Below, in pieces: positions 58,194 through 64,000 of a stretch of 64,000 nt of DNA. This DNA comes from Chrysomallon squamiferum (taxonomy: Eukaryota > Animalia > Mollusca). A model generated the notes under the pieces. It searched no databases. It saw only the letters and a list, made by a program, of their open reading frames with translations, and was not told where the DNA came from. The stretch's first letter is position 1; each line of letters starts with the position of its first letter. The position numbers and the translations under genes are program-made. The stretch covers positions 310,001 through 374,000 of the forward strand of contig CM022671.1 of assembly GCA_012295275.1 (NCBI GenBank), in the 5' to 3' direction.

Positions 58194-59610
58194 TATTATT
58201 ATCATCATCATCATTATCATTATTGTTAAGTATAAAAATTATATGAGTGTCTAGAGGCAGATACAAGTTTAAAACAGAAAATATTCTGTAAGTATCAGGT
58301 AAGTGATTTTTAACAAACAGCACAGACTGAAAAACATCTACAGTAATAAAAGCATGATGAACTTAATTGAATACAGACATTAGAAAAACAACCTAAATGT
58401 TATATTTATTTTAAAAATTGACAGCCTATCATAATGTTGATAAGTTTGGTTTTTGGGGGAGGTTTTGTTAGGTTTTCTTTCTTTTCTTTTCTTTCTTTCT
58501 TTTTTTTCTCACTCTTTTCTGGGAAAATAAGAAATTATGCAAAATGAAGTTTGTGGGGTTTTGTTGCCAATTTTTAGCTTGGATAGAGAGCTACAAAGAA
58601 TACCTGAATAATTTTTAACAGATGATAAACACGGAGTATTTAAGAAAAGAAAAAAAATATATTTTTGAAGACTATTTCAGATTGAGTTTGTCTCAGTAAT
58701 TTTAATAGGATTTAGTCTACAAATGGGAAACTGCTGTATGAGTGTTGTCTTAACATGTGATAGGTAGCGAGATCAATGCTGGTTGGTGTATTGATTCATC
58801 TTCTATACAAGGTTCCAGACATAATGTATCAAATACCATCAGTCACTGTTCTGTCTATAAAAAATATCTTATTGCTGATTAGTAAAAGTAATTTTATATG
58901 TTTCAACCTTCTCTGATTTTATTATTATTATTATTATTATTATTACTGAATAATATAATTGACACTATAATTGTGCCCATTAAATTAATATCATTATCAC
59001 ATCAAATTCATTATAATAAAAGTTTAGAAATTCTGTTTTCTGCTACAAAGATGACAATTAACAGCATCTCCATAAAAGAGCTGGCTAAAGTTTAAAGGTA
59101 AAGAATTAGCCTAAGACATCACAGTTTGTAGGATCAGTCCTGTGTGGTGGTCACATTGATGTGTGTGATGTTCCAACCAGTACTCTATGATTGGTTTATT
59201 AAAATTAGTCTATGGGAAGGTGTAAATAAAGAATTTCTTGCTGCTGTTGGTAGAATTATGGAAGGTGATTTCTGTTCATGAATAATAAATTTCAATTTCA
59301 ATTAAAAAATGCTATGAATCTTTGGTTGCAAGCCTGTAATAACAATTAATAATAAAATTCTTTAATGTTTTATTAAAATATTCATTCAGGTATGTAAAAT
59401 TATAATCTTTGTAGTTAAAAAACATTTTAAAATTATAATCTTTGTATTTAATTTAACCTAACTTTCAGGCTACGAGGATCTGTTCAAGTCTATGATTTTT
59501 CTGCTGATGTCAGTGTCAAAGGTCTGCCGCAGATTTGTCATTCGACATACGATGAACCTGAAGCTTACGATTTCAACATCCGACTAGCTGTGCCTTACGA
59601 CAAACTGTAA
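48812..59610 (+). CDS. FBXW8: F-box/WD repeat-containing protein 8, 11 exons, ~719 aa. Exons 48812-49435, 49925-50029, 50628-50792, 51442-51530, 51671-51843, 52557-52774, 53172-53405, 54338-54465, 55444-55620, 57738-57842, 59469-59610
   Basis: N-terminus MADDSELETFRLQWKKEL; F-box LDEITEIPFFDTTVPRELGIKIFRHL..KDLCRCSQVSKSW; WD40s (GHTWIITCL, GHSAKVSAVQMDEWKVVSGD...VCVWD); C-terminus YDFNIRLAVPYDKL*. These match FBXW8 features as I recall them; GT/AG junctions in phase. Confidence 0.9.
53389..53611 (+). repeat. 74-bp tandem repeat (3 copies) that includes the FBXW8 exon 7 donor site
   Basis: cttcagaaagtttcagagtaaat...aatgtaaatatatata at 53389, 53463 and 53537. Confidence 0.9.
57304..57677. mobile_element. 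Non-autonomous Tc1/mariner-superfamily (pogo/Tigger-like) MITE in FBXW8 intron 9
   Basis: Right end ctcgtaactcgaggtaccactg is a Tigger-type TIR (CAGTGGTACCTCG...); degenerate left end catggtacgttgacttacaag; internal 16-17 bp subrepeats ctc(a/g)taactcagaaaa. Confidence 0.6.
59075..59250 (+). mobile_element. Degenerate SINE fragment (putative tRNA-derived head plus Nin-like core) in FBXW8 intron 10
   Basis: gtaggatcagtcc...gttccaaccagtactctatgattggttt...tctatgggaaggtgtaaataaagaatttcttgctgctg is an inverted relative of the fragments at ~4940, ~9127, ~46420 and ~52908. Confidence 0.45.
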
Positions 59611-60396
59611 AAAACAGTAATATTCTGAAATCCTGTGCTTAGCTACATTTACAGACTTAGCTTATATTACTTAATCACTGCAATATTTGTAATCTTGTTA
59701 TGTCATTATATAACTGTCATAATTCATTTTTCAGTAACTTTAGCTGAAAAAATATGTGGTTATCATACTTAGATTTGGTACAGAAATAACCACTCCAGTT
59801 TTTTTTTTCAACATTTCTGATCTTGTTATACAATCATAACATTTTCATAAATCATCATAAAATGGAAGATTGCAAGCCACGGAAGCATCTCTGTTATTTT
59901 GTGCTGTATTTTGCCAAATTTTCATGGATTCTAGGAAAGTGAGTCCTGAGAAGAAGAAGTGGATGATGTCCACTGAAATCATATAAAAACATGAGTGTGT
60001 CTTTAATCAACAGTACGAGCGTACGATATGTAGAGAATTAACAATCTGGCTATAACCTTTTCAGCATTTGGGATCTTTGTTATGCCATTACAGAGCTCAA
60101 TCAGTTATTAGGTTTCAGTTTTCCATCCAGATCATTTTAAGTCAATCACTACTGGGTGCTGGTTGCAACTGGACACAAATTAGATGAGAGAAATAACAAC
60201 CATAATGATTAAACAGGAGTCAGGTTCTGCTTATGTGATAGATACTTCAGTTATTATCAGTTGTTTTCTCTTTATGTATGTATATATGGATGTGTGTGTG
60301 TGTGTGTGTGTGTGTGTTGTGTGTGTGTGTGTGTATTGTGTATGTACATATGTATATTTGTGTATATGTATGCATGCATGTATGCTTGTACATATG

Positions 60397-60429
<33 letters not shown>

Positions 60430-60932
60430 TTGTACGTATGTTTGTGTGTATGTATGTATGTATGTTTGTACGTATGTTTGTGTGTATGTGTGTATGTATG
60501 TACATATATATGTATATATAGAAACTGCTCAGTGTACAAATGTTTTTAATTTTGTTGTTTTTGTTTTACTTAAGGAGAGATTTCATTTTATCAGTTATAA
60601 TTGTGTATTTTATTCAGTTCTTGTAATATTCATTTTTGCCTCGAACCTTTAGCTTATTGTTAGTTTTTAGAATCATTTCTGTTAGTGAACATCTCAATTA
60701 AAACATTTAAAACAGTATTATATAATTTTTTCTCATCATAAGTGTAACAATGTCGTGATGCTGATAAACTGTTTGGAAATCATCATGTAAAAGTGTTAAA
60801 ATTTATCTTTATAATAACTGCATGGCATTATATGATTGTTTTCTCTAGAATATGGTAATTATAGACTGTTACAGAGATAAAAGTAGTTTAAACTTTTATC
60901 TGAAGTTATGTTCAAGTGTTTTAATTCAAGTG

Positions 60933-60994
<62 letters not shown>

Positions 60995-61995
60995 TTATCA
61001 CAGTTATTTCTTTACTTAGTTTATCAAGAGCTAATTGCTGGCAAAATAGCCCTGTTTATTTTTTTTCGTTATCTCAGGCGTTGTAATATGTACGATGTGA
61101 CGTCACAAGTATGCAGACATAAAAGATCACATTTATTTATTTACTGATAACATTAGTGTTTTAAACAATGGTAAATTTGCCAGTCATGATTAATAAATAA
61201 ATAAATGAATGAATGAATGAAAAAAAAAAGAGAAAAATCTCTAAAATTTCCCAGCTCGGCGAATAAGTGTTCTTGCCTCATTTCAAAAAGAGTCTAATTA
61301 CGGCTACGACAGATAATAAGAAAACATCACGATTCCAAAATTGGCTTTTCTTTTTGCTGTTACTAGAAAAGTACCTTCCCATTGGCTGGAGTCTGTGATT
61401 GAATTTACAATGCCCACTCGTTAACAGATCGAGGTTTTGCGATGTACCAGTTCAAAGACATAAACAATGATGCTCTCTTGGCCAGAAAACAAATTCCTGG
61501 ATTTTTGTCTACGACAAATGTATTTACTCAGACTGAAAGTGGGAACGTATTAAGTTTAACATTCTTAAGTGTATGGCACGATACTTATGAACTCTGATTT
61601 TAGAAACAAAAAAAAATGAGTTTATTTCCGACTTTAAATAGTACATTTTACCATTTGGAGAGAAAACATTCAGGTTTATTAATATTTAATACTTGCGATA
61701 TTTCACTCCATGTAGCAATCAAAAATAACAGAGCTTTTAAAAGATAATTTAAAAATAAACCCTTAAGTTTTCCGACAATAAATACGTTTATCCAAGCTTC
61801 TTGTAAATTGACAAAAATTAAATCATTTTCTAGCTGAAAATAGACTTTGGAAAGCTTTCCCTGGCCTAATTGGACATCCGTTTGACGTCATAACGTGGAA
61901 ATGTTATGAGTGGATGACTCGAAGATGTGATTTAACAGCAACAAACACGAGCTGAATTAGCTCACTGTCTGTCTGGATTCAAGCAGAAGATTCTG

Positions 61996-62010
61996 GTGCC
62001 ATCTGGTGGC
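61996..62010 (-). promoter_or_regulatory. CTCF-binding consensus GCCACCAGATGGCAC
   Basis: Matches the core CCASYAGRKGGCRS at every position. Confidence 0.5.
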
Positions 62011-62301
62011 GAGATCAAGGTGATTTTGTGGTAGAAATGTGAATCGTTTCTGATGCTCTTTGATATTGTTTTGTTGTTTGTTATGGGAAAATAACTGTCT
62101 ATTATCCATACAATGGATAGCAGCTGAATAAAATGGAAGCTTTGACGTCATAGTATTAATTTTCAGAAGACAGCTGGCTCTAAATTACATTACCATACAC
62201 CGTATCATCGCATTAAATTCCTATTAACTGAGTGTAGATTTTGTATGTGCGTATAGATTTTATTTTAGACATGTTCATGAGCGCCTTCTAATTATGAGCA
62301 G

Positions 62302-62349
<48 letters not shown>

Positions 62350-64000
62350 CATACACACGAAACGGATTCTGACAGAATCAAATATCTTAATACATTCAGC
62401 TACCTAAATGTAATTGTAAACAATCCTGGGCTTTGTTTAAAAACTGATTATACAAACAAAAAAGTTATTTTTAAGCAAAATTTCCTCTAAACTTGTTTTT
62501 CTTTGTCCTTTTTCTCCTCAGAATGCAGTTTATTGGTAAATGATCCATGAAAAGACGTAATGATTACAGTAGCAAGAGTATGTTTTAACTAGCAGACGAC
62601 ACAGGAAACAATTTAAATATCTACGTTGGCTGTATTTATTAGCAACAATTGTTTGATGATGGTTTTGGGTTGTTGAGGGGTTTTGGGATTTTTTAGTGTT
62701 TTTTGTGGGCTTTTTTATGTTTTTGTTTGTTGTTTTGTTGTTGTTTTTTCTATTTTCGGGTGTTTTTTGTTGGTTTTTAATTATTTATATATATATATAT
62801 GTAAGCACACAGGCTCAGTTATTAACCAGATTTTAAATATATGTGTTATTATAAAACTAAACTGCTGTTACTCTTGGCAGAATACGAAAAGAACCATCAT
62901 TATATTATGTTTGCTCTTCAAGGTACCTTTGCAGTCTTTTTTTTATTTCTTTCGGTTAGGCTAATGCTGCTTGCTAAGTAAAACTATGATAGATCGAATC
63001 GTTAAACAAACACACCTAAGACTAACTATAATACAAATCTATATTACTGCGTAATGAAACTAATTAAAGAGAAGCTTTTGGTGCATACTATTAAATTTTC
63101 TTGCTAACAGCCAAATTTCGCGAAGTGGCATTAAATAAGTATGTCGTTTGAAGTGAGATAAAATTTCAATTTCGTGTCCTAATGAAAACCAAATTGGAGA
63201 ATCAGAAGACGTCGTTTGCACTTGCCTTTCGATATAGTTACTAATTAAATAATGAAGTGTGCAGACAGCTAAGTGTCTGTACTGCGTTTCCATGACAACG
63301 TTGCATTTGAAAATAATCAAGCATGCACGAACATAAATTGATCTGCTTAAAAAGTAGAATTAGGATATGAATGATGTATGTCGTTTTCTTTGTATATAAT
63401 AACAGTTCATTTTCGTTGCTACTTCATCATCATTATCATCATCATCATTCTCAACATTATTTATTTATTTATTTATTTAATGACTTAGTTATTTAATGGA
63501 TTAGACAAGGATTTTAAAAATATTTTTATTAATACATTTCCTAAATTTTATTTTTGTTTTTCTTCTTCTTGTTGATACTGTCATTATTGTTCCTGTTATT
63601 TATTATTTTGGGGAGGGGTATTTTGTTTTGTTGGTTTTTTGTTGTTTTCTTTGTTGTTATTTTTGTTCTTTGAGATTTTTGGGTGGGTTTGTTTTGTTTT
63701 TCGGGGGGTCTTGTTTTATGGTGGGTTTTTTTTCTTTTCTTAATTTTTTGTTTTTCTTTTGTTTCCTTTTCTTTTCTTAACCACTTATCTGAAGTACAGA
63801 CACTTTATCTTACCATCTCTGAATGTACTGATAAGTTTAGAAATTCTGAATATGAAAATTATTTTATCAATAATAGCATCTGCAGTAAATGTAGCAACAC
63901 CACATTGGCTGCAGAATCCTAACAGTGCCATAACTCTGAAGTGTCAGGCAAGATTCACGATTTAAAAATAAAGTTCAACATCAGCCTGGTAAAAATCTCA

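Noticed and set aside
60184-60652. Cys/Val/Met/Tyr-rich ORFs after FBXW8
   Set aside because: (GT)n/(GTAT)n microsatellite in the 3' region

Overview
AT-rich, microsatellite-dense animal genomic DNA with spliceosomal introns, most likely molluscan (gastropod-like; taxon is my inference from gene content and repeat style). Genes that can be read from the sequence: (1) the 5' three exons of a small secreted Trp/Tyr-rich protein of unassigned family (minus strand, runs off the left edge), missed by the ORF track; (2) two IL-17-family cytokine genes with intronless CDS (minus); the second has a +1 frameshift just before the terminal CxC; (3) an inverted orphan copy of the secreted gene's last exon at 19.2 kb with a dead splice acceptor; (4) two tandem 12-exon retinol saturase (RETSAT)-like paralogues (minus) with apparent gene-conversion tracts; (5) an 11-exon FBXW8 gene (plus), head-to-head with the second RETSAT. 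The left ~27.5 kb and the last ~3 kb contain 12 perfect CRE palindromes and several kB motifs, while the 28-60 kb housekeeping block appears CpG-poor and I saw no CRE there. The best candidate for an undescribed system is an inducible immune module: IL-17s with a putative propeptide and a C-terminal Cys loop, plus the unassigned secreted protein, inside a CRE/kB-rich domain. Most listed ORFs are microsatellite artefacts.
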